From Bacteroidota bacterium (GTDB lineage Bacteria; Bacteroidota; Ignavibacteria; UBA10030; UBA8401): 64,000 nt of DNA. Location: positions 5,949 to 69,948 of the forward strand of contig DATJXA010000183.1 of assembly GCA_035500675.1 (NCBI GenBank). Direction: 5' to 3'. The position numbers and the translations under genes were made by a program. Each line of letters begins with the position of its first letter. The first letter of the stretch is position 1. Below, one piece after another: positions 29,699-39,029 of this stretch. The notes below the pieces were generated by a model, which saw only the letters and a list, made by a program, of their open reading frames with translations, was not told the origin of the DNA and did not search any database.

Positions 29699-29866
29699 GG
29701 GGAGCCGATTGGCCCGCCTCTTCTCCGATTTTAGGTTTATTGCAGGAAGGGGATAATCGAATCTCGTAAACTCATCTCTATTTCATTTCTCGCATGAAGA
29801 GGTAGAGTTGTGTTCTTTAGCTTTATAATCTCCCCTCAAATTTCTGATCCATGAAATAATGACGCT

Positions 29867-30835
29867 ATGAAAGCAATTTGCATTCATGGACTAGGCGGTC
29901 CTGAAGTTCTCCATTATGAAGACGTCGCCGTGCCTCAGCCCGGCCCAGGAGAAGCGAGGGTGAAGATGGAAGCCGTCGGCGTAAATTTTATCGACGTCTA
30001 TTTTCGTAAAGGGCTGTACAACGGATCGCTGCCGATGGTTTTAGGCCAGGAGGGGGCCGGTGTTGTGGATGCCGTGGGAACGGGTGTGAGAGAGGTCCGC
30101 GTCGGGGATCGAGTGGCGTTTGCTCCATGGAAAGATTCGTACGCAGAATTTGTGTCGATCCCCGCTTCAAGGCTGGTGCCGGTGCCGGACAACGTCAACA
30201 CCCAACAAGCAGCTGCGGCAATTTTGCAAGGTCTCACCGCTCATTACCTCAGTCATAGTACTTACCCTATCCAAAAAGGGGATACAGTTCTCGTCCATGC
30301 CGCGGCAGGAGGAACAGGCGCCCTTCTTGTGCAGATTGCAAAGATGAAAGGGGCGCATGTCATCGGGACAGTTTCGAACGACATAAAAGAACGCGAAGCG
30401 CGCTCGCTTGGAGCGGATGACGTGATTGTCTACACGCAGGTCGACTTTGCAGAGGAGGTCAAAAGGATCACGTCGGGTAAAGGAGTGAAGGTAGTGTATG
30501 ACTCTGTGGGGATCGACACGTTTGAGAAAAGTTTGAGCTCGCTCAAGCCGCGGGGGTATATGGTCTTGTTCGGGCAGTCGAGCGGTAGAGTGCAGCCGTT
30601 TGATCCGCAAGTACTCAACGCAAAAGGATCGCTCTTTCTTACACGGCCAACGCTCGCCCACTATGTCGCGACGCGAGAAGAATTGCTTCACCGCTCTAAG
30701 GATCTGTTCGACTGGATCGGAGAAGGGAAACTAAAGATCCGCATCGGCCGAAAATTTCCGCTGGCTCAAGCGGCCGAAGCACACAACTATTTGGAAGGAC
30801 GGAAAGCACTGGGGAAACTGCTGCTCATTCCTTAA
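29867..30835 (+). CDS. qor: NADPH:quinone oxidoreductase (zeta-crystallin/MDR family)
   Basis: 322 aa. MDR fold (GEARVKMEAVGVNFIDVYFRKGLY, VLVHAAAGGTGALLVQIAK, ..AHNYLEGRKALGKLLLIP). Confidence 0.85.
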   Translation: MKAICIHGLGGPEVLHYEDVAVPQPGPGEARVKMEAVGVNFIDVYFRKGLYNGSLPMVLGQEGAGVVDAVGTGVREVRVGDRVAFAPWKDSYAEFVSIPASRLVPVPDNVNTQQAAAAILQGLTAHYLSHSTYPIQKGDTVLVHAAAGGTGALLVQIAKMKGAHVIGTVSNDIKEREARSLGADDVIVYTQVDFAEEVKRITSGKGVKVVYDSVGIDTFEKSLSSLKPRGYMVLFGQSSGRVQPFDPQVLNAKGSLFLTRPTLAHYVATREELLHRSKDLFDWIGEGKLKIRIGRKFPLAQAAEAHNYLEGRKALGKLLLIP

Positions 30836-32277
30836 CCTTTATCTCTTATTTCCTGCCTTTCAATTTCTTTTCTCCAATACAAATAGAACGGAATTCCCGC
30901 CAACAGCAAAAATAACCCCACCATCGAATCGGCTGTTTGTTCGACAATGGTATTGTAGACAAACCAGGTTGCGACGACGATAAAAGCGATCGGAATGTAT
31001 GGATACCCGGGAACTCTATACGGCCGCGGAGTGTCGGGCATCTTTTTTCTCAGTATAAAAACCGCAAAAGCTCCCAACGCATAAAATATCCATCCTGCAA
31101 AAATAACGTAAGTGAAGATCTGATCGTACGTTCCGGTCAGGGTCAGGATCGACGCCCAGACTCCTTGAACAAGAAGCGACCTCCCGGGAGTCCTAAAGCG
31201 AGGGTGGATTTTTCCGAGGCTTCGGAAAAAGAGTCTGTCTTTCGCCATCGCGAAATACACGCGGGCAGTGGTCATGGAAGTGGCGTTGACGGTGCCGAAT
31301 GTCGAGACCATCACGATCGCTGAGATGATCGCGCCGCCATAGCCGTGAAAAATTCTTTCCATGACATCCGCGGCGACGAGCTTTGACGTTGCAATCTCCC
31401 CGATCGGAAGGATGTACAGGTATGCGAGGTTTGTCGCGACGTATATCAGAATGATGGCAACGGTCCCGACAACCAGCGCGATGGGGATATTTTTTTTTGG
31501 ATCCTTGACCTCGCCCGCGAGATAGGTAAGACTGTTCCATCCGTCGTACGACCACAATGTCGCGATCATCGCTACGCCAATTGCGCTGAGCACCGCTCCA
31601 GATGCAGGGGCTCCCCATAACGGAAAGAAATGATCAACACTTCCGTGTCCTACCGTAAAAGCAAGCACAACGATGCCGCCGATGGCCAGCACTTTCATGA
31701 ACGTGAGGACGTCCTGCACCAAACCGCCAAATTGAACGCCGAAATAGTTTACCACTGCGAGAATGAGGATCGCAGAGATCGCGACCATGCTCACGCCTAT
31801 ATCTTTCAACGGACAGATGTTACCGATGAGAGGGAGCTTCCATGCTTCGAGCGCGGGGCTGAAATGAGGGAGGTTGATGAAATATCCCGAGTATCGTCCA
31901 AATGCCACTGCAATGGCGGCGATCGATCCGGTCTGATACACGATGAAGGTGGTCCAGCCATAGAGAAAGCCGGTGAGATCGCCGTACGTAACGCGGAAGA
32001 AAATATATTGCCCGCCGGCGTCGGGGATCATGCCCGCAATCTCCGCATTGGTCAATGCTCCCGCGAGCGTGAGAATGCCCGTCAAAATCCATACGAAGAT
32101 CATGATCCCCGGAATCTGAACCGTCGCGGCAATGCTCTGCGGCGTCAGAAATATTCCGGACCCGATGACCGACCCGATGACGACCATAATTGCCGACGTA
32201 AGGCCCAGGCGCCGGGCCAAGGTCGGTTCGGTTTCAACAGAATCCGCTGTCGTCATCGAAAGTTGGGGGAGTGGCAA
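30832..32277 (-). CDS. Amino acid permease (APC superfamily)
   Basis: 481 aa, about 12 hydrophobic segments. APC-like N-terminus (LGLTSAIMVVIGSVIGSGIFLTPQ). Its stop overlaps the qor stop (shared TTAA). Confidence 0.85.
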   Translation of the reverse strand: MPLPQLSMTTADSVETEPTLARRLGLTSAIMVVIGSVIGSGIFLTPQSIAATVQIPGIMIFVWILTGILTLAGALTNAEIAGMIPDAGGQYIFFRVTYGDLTGFLYGWTTFIVYQTGSIAAIAVAFGRYSGYFINLPHFSPALEAWKLPLIGNICPLKDIGVSMVAISAILILAVVNYFGVQFGGLVQDVLTFMKVLAIGGIVVLAFTVGHGSVDHFFPLWGAPASGAVLSAIGVAMIATLWSYDGWNSLTYLAGEVKDPKKNIPIALVVGTVAIILIYVATNLAYLYILPIGEIATSKLVAADVMERIFHGYGGAIISAIVMVSTFGTVNATSMTTARVYFAMAKDRLFFRSLGKIHPRFRTPGRSLLVQGVWASILTLTGTYDQIFTYVIFAGWIFYALGAFAVFILRKKMPDTPRPYRVPGYPYIPIAFIVVATWFVYNTIVEQTADSMVGLFLLLAGIPFYLYWRKEIERQEIRDKG

Positions 32278-32359
32278 AAGGAAATTGCGTTCAGATGAAA
32301 ATAGAGAATAGAGGAAGAAGAAGCAATAAGAAATTCACCCTAAAGCCCGCAGCAAGAAT

Positions 32360-33613
32360 TTAGTTTTTTTCCGCGCGAAGAAATCGCGCCAGGTCGAGCT
32401 CAAACTTCAGAGCATTGATCTGGCGGGCGAGGATCACGACGATACCTGCGGTGATAGTTTCCGTTGTGCCGAGCAAGGCCAGAACCCACCCGTTGTGTAC
32501 GAAATGCGGAAATCCCACGAACACCGTCATTGAAATGAGCGGCGATAAGACGCCTCCAACGAAGAGACCCAATCGAGCGGGGTTCGTAAAATCTTGTCTC
32601 AAGGCAAGCGCCCAACGTTTTAGACCATCGGACGCCTCGAGCTTGCCATCGCGGACGAGATCATCGATGCAATGTTTGTACATCCTCACACTTTGAAAAG
32701 CGGTCGTCAACGAAAGAGCGACAGCCGAAATGCCGAACAATGCGCCAGCCCACGAGAACTTTCCCATGCCGATGAGCGCATCTACCTGGAATGCGCCGAA
32801 CGATGCGAGGAGGAAGACAGGAATCAGGAGCTTCGACCGGGAGATGAGTTGACTCCATGTGAAGCCGGAACCGCGCAACGCAAACAACTCTGCCGTTTCC
32901 GCAAGGACGTCGTCCGTCGAAGCGGCAAACACTTTGCCAAACCCGTGCGTGATGTGCTCGAGGATGTGCGTGATCGGGCCGATGACCAACAGCGCCTTGA
33001 TAATTGCCTGCGCGGTCGCGGTGCGCGTATCGGCATTGTCGAATGTCATCCGGCCGATGACATGACGCATGACGATCGGTGAGATGGTCTCGTTGAGGTC
33101 TTCGATAAGTTCTCGGTCGGATTCAGTGGCACCGAGATTCCCGTCGTCGACGAGGACGAATTTTTTGAAGTCGAGTCGATGCGCGAGAATAACCGCAATT
33201 TCCTCGTCGAGGTCGACATTTTCCTTTGCCGCCAGTTCATGCTCTTGAGGAAGGATGAGAGGTTTCACCTGCGAGCGCAGGAGCTGCGGCAGCCATGTGA
33301 TGATCGTGCGGTGCTGGCTCAGGACCGAGAGGCTGTTGATAGCACTGAGGACTCGCTCGGGAGTTTTCTCCACCGTGCGAATGCCAATGGCTTTGCCGCT
33401 CTTGAAGACCTTTGCTATGCGGGACCCAAGAGATGGGTTTTTTCTAAGGGCGAAGCGGAGTTCTTTCGGCAGGTGTTGAGGAAAATCGAGCTCCTCCAGC
33501 AAAGAAACGACCTTCAGGTTATAGAGCCCGATAGGAGGATTCTTTTGAAACCGGAGAAGCTGTGCAATGAACGACGGAAGTTTCAGCGATTGGAACCGAC
33601 GTGTAAATTCCAT
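32360..33613 (-). CDS. Hypothetical membrane protein (soluble N-terminal half + ~4-5 TM C-terminal half)
   Basis: 417-aa ORF with normal coding character. Hydrophobic segments in the C-terminal ~170 aa. No family recognised. Confidence 0.5.
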   Translation of the reverse strand: MEFTRRFQSLKLPSFIAQLLRFQKNPPIGLYNLKVVSLLEELDFPQHLPKELRFALRKNPSLGSRIAKVFKSGKAIGIRTVEKTPERVLSAINSLSVLSQHRTIITWLPQLLRSQVKPLILPQEHELAAKENVDLDEEIAVILAHRLDFKKFVLVDDGNLGATESDRELIEDLNETISPIVMRHVIGRMTFDNADTRTATAQAIIKALLVIGPITHILEHITHGFGKVFAASTDDVLAETAELFALRGSGFTWSQLISRSKLLIPVFLLASFGAFQVDALIGMGKFSWAGALFGISAVALSLTTAFQSVRMYKHCIDDLVRDGKLEASDGLKRWALALRQDFTNPARLGLFVGGVLSPLISMTVFVGFPHFVHNGWVLALLGTTETITAGIVVILARQINALKFELDLARFLRAEKN

Positions 33614-33769
33614 TGTCCAAGATGATTTTAGAAAAATATAGAAAGAACTCTCTCGACTAGCAATGAACGCAGGTTTTTTTATTCCTGATTATTTTGTAGC
33701 AACAAAAAACCCCGGCTCTGTAGCAAGGCGGGGTTCTTTGTTGTATGATGCAAAGAATATGAAGACGAT

Positions 33770-34066
33770 TTATTTCTTGTCGTCCATCTTCATGTCGTCT
33801 TTCTTCATATCATCTTTCTTCATCGTGTCTTTCTTCATCATTTTCTTTGATTTCTTTGCCATCTTGGCTTTCTTCGCCGGCTTTGCCTTCTTTGCCATCT
33901 TAGATTTCTTCGCCATCTTTGTCTTCTTTGTCGTCTTGGCTTTCTTCTTCATCTCCATTTTCTTTTCCGGCATTTTGCTCATCTCTTGGGGTTTCGCCGA
34001 ATCTTGGGCGAGGGAGAGTGAGAAGGCAAAGGCGAGAGCCAGCAACAGGCTGACGAGACGTTTCAT
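33770..34066 (-). CDS. Secreted Lys/Met-rich low-complexity protein with MxKDx pentapeptide repeats
   Basis: AAGGAG lies 8 nt upstream. Signal peptide MKRLVSLLLALAFAFSLSLAQD. Then (A/S)KKxKMAKK repeats and terminal MKKDTMKKDDMKKDDMKMDDKK. Last gene of the RR-HK operon. Confidence 0.6.
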   Translation of the reverse strand: MKRLVSLLLALAFAFSLSLAQDSAKPQEMSKMPEKKMEMKKKAKTTKKTKMAKKSKMAKKAKPAKKAKMAKKSKKMMKKDTMKKDDMKKDDMKMDDKK

Positions 34067-34189
34067 TGAACAACCGCTCCTTTCAAAAAAGTGTTGATAG
34101 GTTTGTAATTTGGCTGAAATTCGATCTGATTGGGATTATCGTAGGGCTTAACTTATGGTTTTGCGTTTTCATTGTCAAGTGAAAAACAC

Positions 34190-35674
34190 TTAATGATGGA
34201 GAATCGGTAGTAAAACGGTGAAAATGCTTCCGCGGTTGATTTCACTTTGGACCGTCACTTTACCGCCATGTGTTTCAGTAATCCATTGAGCGATCGAGAG
34301 CCCTAATCCCGACCCACCCATCTCACGTGAACGTCCTTTATCAACTCTATAAAAACGGTCGAAAATTTTGGATTGGTCCTCGACGGGTATTCCTATACCA
34401 TTATCCTTAACAATAATTTTTGCTGAACCGTTCTCCCGTATGAGCGATAACGACACGGTCCCGTGTTCGGGGGTATATTTGATGGCGTTGTCGAGGAGGT
34501 TCAGCACCAACTGACGAAGGCGAACCCCGTCCCCCAAAACGGATAGGTTTTCAACTTTTTCGAGGCCGACATGGATGTGCTTTTTCTCCGCGAGCACTTC
34601 GCCGTCTTCGTGCAGTTCTTTGATGATGGGGGCGAGAGAGACTTCTTCGAACGTGAATGTGGATTTCCCGACATCTCCTTTTGCCAGCAAGAGCAAGTTT
34701 TCGATGATCGAAGACATGCGGAGAATTTCGTGAAGTGTGCTGGAAAGTATCCGACGATATTGGTCGTTCGATTGCTTCGAGCGCAGGGCGAGCTCGAGCT
34801 CTCCGCGCATGATCGTCAGCGGTGTGCGCAGTTCGTGGGATGCGTCGACCGAAAACTGTTTGATTTTATCGAACGAGCCTTGGAGTCGCCCGATCATATC
34901 GTTGAACGTCGATATCAATCTGCCGATCTCATCGTCGACGTCCACCGAGACGATGCGACGGTCCAAGTTTTGAGCCGTGATGTCGCGCGCAGTCTTCGTG
35001 ATCTTGTCGACGGGTTTGAGCGATTTGTTTGCAAGGAACCAGCCGCCGAGCACGGAGAGGATAATAGCGACCGGAACGAGGATAATAAAGATCGAAAAGA
35101 GATTCCCGAGCACTTCGCTGATTTCTGCCTCGGGGTAAGCGACGTAAATTTTTGCGAAGGCGTTTTGCGTCACGGCAAGGCGCAACGGTTGCCCCTGTGC
35201 ATCATAAATTGTCACGAGCTTCGTCGTGTTGAACGGAATGTCCTCGAAAACGATGTCTTCCTTACCGAGGCTGTACGATTTGTAAAGAATGTCCCCGTTG
35301 CGGTCGCGGATTTGGATGATTTGTTTCTTCGGGCTCAAGAGCGTGTGCTCGTAGATCTGATTCCATATCTGGTCGAATTCAGTCGAATCGTCCTGTGTCA
35401 CCTCCACCTCATGAGAGCGTTTAACTTTTTTCTCCTGCTTTTTTGCCGACGCAAGGGGAACGGTCCGTTGACGTTTCAATTTGACCTTTCGCGCCTGCGG
35501 CTCGATGAAGTTTTTCAGCCATACCACCTCGTTGCGCAGCGAATAATCCAGGTTCGACAGGAGATTGGCTTTCGTGTAAAAATATGCCGTGAGGCCGAAG
35601 CCGAAGAGGGTCACGCCGAGAATGAGCGTGTACCAGGCGGTAAGCTTCAATCGGATGGAATGGAGGAACTTCAT
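34190..35674 (-). CDS. Sensor histidine kinase, heavy-metal (CusS)-like architecture
   Basis: 494 aa. Two TMs flanking a periplasmic domain, HAMP, H-box SHELRTPLT, G-box GGSGLGLSIAQ. N-terminus SIRLKLTAWYTLILGVTL resembles CusS-type kinases. Confidence 0.9.
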   Translation of the reverse strand: MKFLHSIRLKLTAWYTLILGVTLFGFGLTAYFYTKANLLSNLDYSLRNEVVWLKNFIEPQARKVKLKRQRTVPLASAKKQEKKVKRSHEVEVTQDDSTEFDQIWNQIYEHTLLSPKKQIIQIRDRNGDILYKSYSLGKEDIVFEDIPFNTTKLVTIYDAQGQPLRLAVTQNAFAKIYVAYPEAEISEVLGNLFSIFIILVPVAIILSVLGGWFLANKSLKPVDKITKTARDITAQNLDRRIVSVDVDDEIGRLISTFNDMIGRLQGSFDKIKQFSVDASHELRTPLTIMRGELELALRSKQSNDQYRRILSSTLHEILRMSSIIENLLLLAKGDVGKSTFTFEEVSLAPIIKELHEDGEVLAEKKHIHVGLEKVENLSVLGDGVRLRQLVLNLLDNAIKYTPEHGTVSLSLIRENGSAKIIVKDNGIGIPVEDQSKIFDRFYRVDKGRSREMGGSGLGLSIAQWITETHGGKVTVQSEINRGSIFTVLLPILHH

Positions 35675-35675
35675 G

Positions 35676-36350
35676 TCAGTTGGCCTTCATCACGTAGCCC
35701 ACGCCGCGCACGGTGTGGATGAGTTTTTTCTCGCGGCCGCCGTCGATCTTGCTGCGAAGATGGTTGATATAGACGTCGATGATGTTCGTCCCGGTATCGA
35801 AGTTGTAGTTCCAGATGTGTTCCGAGATGATGATACGGCTCAGCACTTTGTTCGTGTTCCGCATGAAGTATTCGAGAAGTGTGTACTCTTTCGCCGTCAG
35901 CTCGATCGTTTTCTCTCCTCGCATGGCTTTGTGCGAAACAAGGTCGAGGTGTAGATCTCCGACAGTGAGCGAGGTCGTTTTCTCGGAACCGCCCCGCCGA
36001 AGCAACGACCGGACGCGTGCAAGCAGCTCTGCGATCGCAAACGGTTTGACGAGATAATCATCGGCTCCTGAATCGAGTCCTTTGACTTTGTCTTCCACGG
36101 AGCCTTTTGCCGTGATCATGAGGACGGGAGCGGAGATGCGCTTCATGCGGAGTTCTTTGAGCAGCGTCAGACCATCCTTCTTTGGCATGAGGATGTCGAG
36201 AATGATGAGATCGAAGGCGTGTTCAATTGCCAACTCCTTGCCCTTCTCTCCGTCGAATGCAAGGTCGACGCTGAAATTGTCCTCCTCCAATCCCTTCTTG
36301 ATGATTGCGCTTACTTTCTTTTCGTCTTCAACAACCAAGATTTTCATCAC
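35676..36350 (-). CDS. OmpR/CusR-family response regulator
   Basis: 224 aa. MKILVVEDEKKVSAIIKKGLEE..LIILDILMP..GADDYLVKPFAIAELLARVRSLLRR plus a winged-helix C-terminus (..IHTVRGVGYVMK). Close to the CusR pattern. Confidence 0.93.
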   Translation of the reverse strand: MMKILVVEDEKKVSAIIKKGLEEDNFSVDLAFDGEKGKELAIEHAFDLIILDILMPKKDGLTLLKELRMKRISAPVLMITAKGSVEDKVKGLDSGADDYLVKPFAIAELLARVRSLLRRGGSEKTTSLTVGDLHLDLVSHKAMRGEKTIELTAKEYTLLEYFMRNTNKVLSRIIISEHIWNYNFDTGTNIIDVYINHLRSKIDGGREKKLIHTVRGVGYVMKAN

Positions 36351-36482
36351 GCTTCTTTTTCCTCCAAATCAACGGTACAATATTAAAACAGTTTACATCG
36401 ATTTGCAACTCATTCGGTTCCATTATGTCAAACCTCACGTACGCTATCGAGGTTTTCTCGGATTCCACGATATCATTGTTCC

Positions 36483-36536
36483 AATCTTACAATCTTGTAA
36501 TAATGCAATATTGCGAGATTACAAAATTGCAAGATT
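36483..36536. promoter_or_regulatory. 54-bp imperfect palindrome in the divergent promoter region (candidate operator)
   Basis: The half-sites aatcttacaatcttgtaataatgcaat and attgcgagattacaaaattgcaagatt match 22/27 as reverse complements. The core gcaatattgc (36504-36513) is a perfect palindrome. It lies between the RR operon (ATG 36350) and tatT (ATG 36608). Confidence 0.35.
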
Positions 36537-36607
36537 TTAAGCCCACACCTCCCTAATACAATTTTTTGGAAAAGTTGGGCGATTTCTCTATATTCATTTA
36601 CGAAATC

Positions 36608-37477
36608 ATGAAAAGATTCTTTCCCATAATTCTCGTTCTCCTCGGTCTCCAAAGCTGGTCGTGCGGACTTCTCCAAACGGTTGCCGTAAAATCGACGACC
36701 GGAATCCTTGACGAAGGGATGGCCGCAATCTATGAAGAGTCCGACCTTCAACTCGCCGAGCAAGCAATCGCCTCCGACCTTAAACTTCTTGAAGCGCTCC
36801 ATAAATCAGACCCCTCCAACGATCATCTCCTCATCATGCTCACGCAGGCATACGCAGGATACGCGCTGGGTTTCGTTGAAGACCAAGATCCGGAACGGGC
36901 TAAACTTTTTTATGCCCGTGCGCGCGATTACGGGTTGGAAGTCCTGAGGGAAAATAAAACCTTCTCCGATGATTTCGACGAAGGTCCGGCAACCTTCGTG
37001 AAGGGAGTCGAATCGCTTTCCGACGACGATGTGCCCGCTCTTTTTTGGACCGCTAACGCATGGGGCAATCTCATCAACCTCAGCATCTCGGACCCTGACG
37101 TCGTTGCCGATCTCTATAAAGTGAATGCAATGATGGATTTTGTTTTACGGCACGACGAAAAATTCTTCTACGGCGGGGCACATCTCTATTTTGGCGCAAT
37201 CCTCGCGACAACGCCGAAAGCGTTAGGAGGGGATCCCGAAAAAGCAAAAGAACATTTCGAAAGATGCCTTACGATCGGAGATCACAAGTTGCTCCTCCCG
37301 TATGTCTACTACGCAAAAACCTATGCTGTACAGGTACAGAATAAAAAGCTTTTTGAATCACTGCTGACGACCGTGGATACAACGTCGATCGACGTGCTTC
37401 CCGAACAAAGGCTGATCAACGCTATCGCCAAACGGAAAGCGAAAGCCCTTCTAGCAAAAACTTCGGAATATTTCTAA
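36608..37477 (+). CDS. tatT: TRAP-transporter-associated TPR lipoprotein (TatT family)
   Basis: ATG 36608 gives MKRFFPIILVLLGLQSWSCG (lipobox). Helical-repeat protein immediately upstream of dctP/Q/M, as in TPR-protein-associated TRAP transporters. Assignment is by context and general resemblance. Confidence 0.6.
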   Translation: MKRFFPIILVLLGLQSWSCGLLQTVAVKSTTGILDEGMAAIYEESDLQLAEQAIASDLKLLEALHKSDPSNDHLLIMLTQAYAGYALGFVEDQDPERAKLFYARARDYGLEVLRENKTFSDDFDEGPATFVKGVESLSDDDVPALFWTANAWGNLINLSISDPDVVADLYKVNAMMDFVLRHDEKFFYGGAHLYFGAILATTPKALGGDPEKAKEHFERCLTIGDHKLLLPYVYYAKTYAVQVQNKKLFESLLTTVDTTSIDVLPEQRLINAIAKRKAKALLAKTSEYF

Positions 37478-37506
37478 CCCAGTGATACCATGACCCAAAG
37501 GATTTT

Positions 37507-38517
37507 ATGCTAAAGACATTTGTCATATCGGCACTTTTCATTATTTTTTCTCTCCCGATTTTCGGGCAAGAGTATACGATAAAATTCGCGACGCTTGCCC
37601 CGGAAGGGAGCACGTGGTTGAATGTCATGAGAGAGTACGACCAGGCAATCCGGAAGGAAAGCGGGGGAAGGATGGGTTTCAAAATCTATGCAGGAAGCGT
37701 CGCTGGGGATGAACAGGACGTTCTGCGAAAAATTCGACTCGGCCAGTACCACAGCGCCGGCTTTACCGGCGTCGGGATGGGAAAGATAGCGCCGATGGTT
37801 CGTATCCTCGACGCGCCGTTCTTTTTTAAAAACCATGATGAAGTAGATTATGTGCTCGCAAAGTACGACTCGGTTTTTCGCAAAGCGTTCGAGGACAATG
37901 GGTTTGTTCTTCTCGGCTGGGCAGAGGTCGGCTACGTCTATGTGTTTACCAACAAGCCGATCACGAAAGTAAGCGACCTCGACGGGGTAAAAATGTGGAT
38001 GTGGGAAGGAGACCCTGTTGCCGAAGCGACATTTCAGGCGCTCGATGTTAAACCCATACCCCTCTCGATCACGGACGTTCTCACGTCGCTGCAAACCGGA
38101 TTAGTGAACGGCATTTATGCTTCGCCGCTGGCAGCAGTGTCGCTCCAATGGTTTACTGCAGTGAAATATATGATGGATGTGCCGCTTACGAATTCGGCCG
38201 GCGCGGTGCTGATTTCAAAAAGAGAATACGAGAGCCTTCCGGCCGATTTGCAGGAGATTCTCTCGCGGAACGGCTCCATCTACATGAAAAAGCTCACGCA
38301 GCTCAGCAGGCAGGATAACGACAAGTCCCTTCAAGTCCTCAAAAAAAATAAAATTATCTTCACACAACCGGCATCGCAGCAGGAATACGAGCGCTACGAA
38401 GAAATCGGGAAAAAAGCGCGCGCCCTAATGGCCGGCAAACTGTATTCCCAGGAATTTCTAAACAGCGTCGAACGCACGCTCGCCGATTACCGCGCTTCGC
38501 ATAAAGGATCCCGGTGA
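37507..38517 (+). CDS. dctP: TRAP transporter substrate-binding protein (DctP family)
   Basis: 336 aa with a signal peptide. IKFATLAPEGSTWLNVMREYDQAI.. is typical of DctP-type SBPs. Overlaps the dctQ start. Confidence 0.85.
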   Translation: MLKTFVISALFIIFSLPIFGQEYTIKFATLAPEGSTWLNVMREYDQAIRKESGGRMGFKIYAGSVAGDEQDVLRKIRLGQYHSAGFTGVGMGKIAPMVRILDAPFFFKNHDEVDYVLAKYDSVFRKAFEDNGFVLLGWAEVGYVYVFTNKPITKVSDLDGVKMWMWEGDPVAEATFQALDVKPIPLSITDVLTSLQTGLVNGIYASPLAAVSLQWFTAVKYMMDVPLTNSAGAVLISKREYESLPADLQEILSRNGSIYMKKLTQLSRQDNDKSLQVLKKNKIIFTQPASQQEYERYEEIGKKARALMAGKLYSQEFLNSVERTLADYRASHKGSR

Positions 38518-39029
38518 AACTCCTCGCACTCATCGATAACGGGATCGCGAAGATCGCCGGATGGATCCTCGTCGCAGTTCTCAGTCTCATGATCATCATG
38601 TCGTTCGGCCAGGTGCTGCTCCGGAATTTCTTCGGCACAAGCATCGAATGGGGAGATATTCTCCTGCGTCATCTTGTCCTGTGGCTCGGATTCCTCGGCG
38701 CAACGATCGCAACGGGAGAAGAGCGACACATTAAAGTCGATTTCCTCGCAAAGTTCATCCCTCCAAAACTCCAAAAGATATTCGCCATTCTTACCTCCTT
38801 GTTTGCGGCCCTCGTCTGCTATTTTCTCCTGCGAGCGGGAATGGTGTTCATCGACGTCGGTATCGACCCGAAGAGTATCCTTTTCCTCAACATTCCGATC
38901 TGGTATTTCGTCGTCATTATTCCCGTAGGCTATGGACTCATGGCGTTCCGGTTTTTCGTCATCGCCGTTCAGTGGTCAGTTGAGATCTCGCAAGGCAATT
39001 GGACGATAAAAGCGGGAGGACAACCGTGA
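38514..39029 (+). CDS. dctQ: TRAP transporter small permease (DctQ family)
   Basis: 171 aa, 4 TM. Lies between dctP and dctM. Confidence 0.8.
   Translation: MKLLALIDNGIAKIAGWILVAVLSLMIIMSFGQVLLRNFFGTSIEWGDILLRHLVLWLGFLGATIATGEERHIKVDFLAKFIPPKLQKIFAILTSLFAALVCYFLLRAGMVFIDVGIDPKSILFLNIPIWYFVVIIPVGYGLMAFRFFVIAVQWSVEISQGNWTIKAGGQP

Noticed and set aside
30832-30835. Convergent qor and permease genes overlapping by 4 nt (shared TTAA stop/stop)
   Set aside because: The overlap is real in the sequence but is a trivial consequence of palindromic TAA/TTA stops. It only implies the absence of an intergenic terminator.
33663-34097. 144-aa Phe/Ile/Ser-rich plus-strand ORF
   Set aside because: It is the complement of the Lys/Met-rich repeat gene (AAG/AAA/ATG read backwards give Phe/Ile/His-type codons). 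The minus-strand ORF has the RBS, the signal peptide and the operon context.
34571-35722. 383-aa plus-strand ORF antisense to the CusS-like kinase. Similar cases are 51164-52294 (376 aa, antisense to lhr), 3757-4701 (antisense to ffh), 27707-28699, 47843-48682 and 1802-2368.
   Set aside because: The explanation is the same as for the 735-aa ORF. Each lies fully inside a confidently identified gene on the other strand and has arginine-rich, motif-free sequence.
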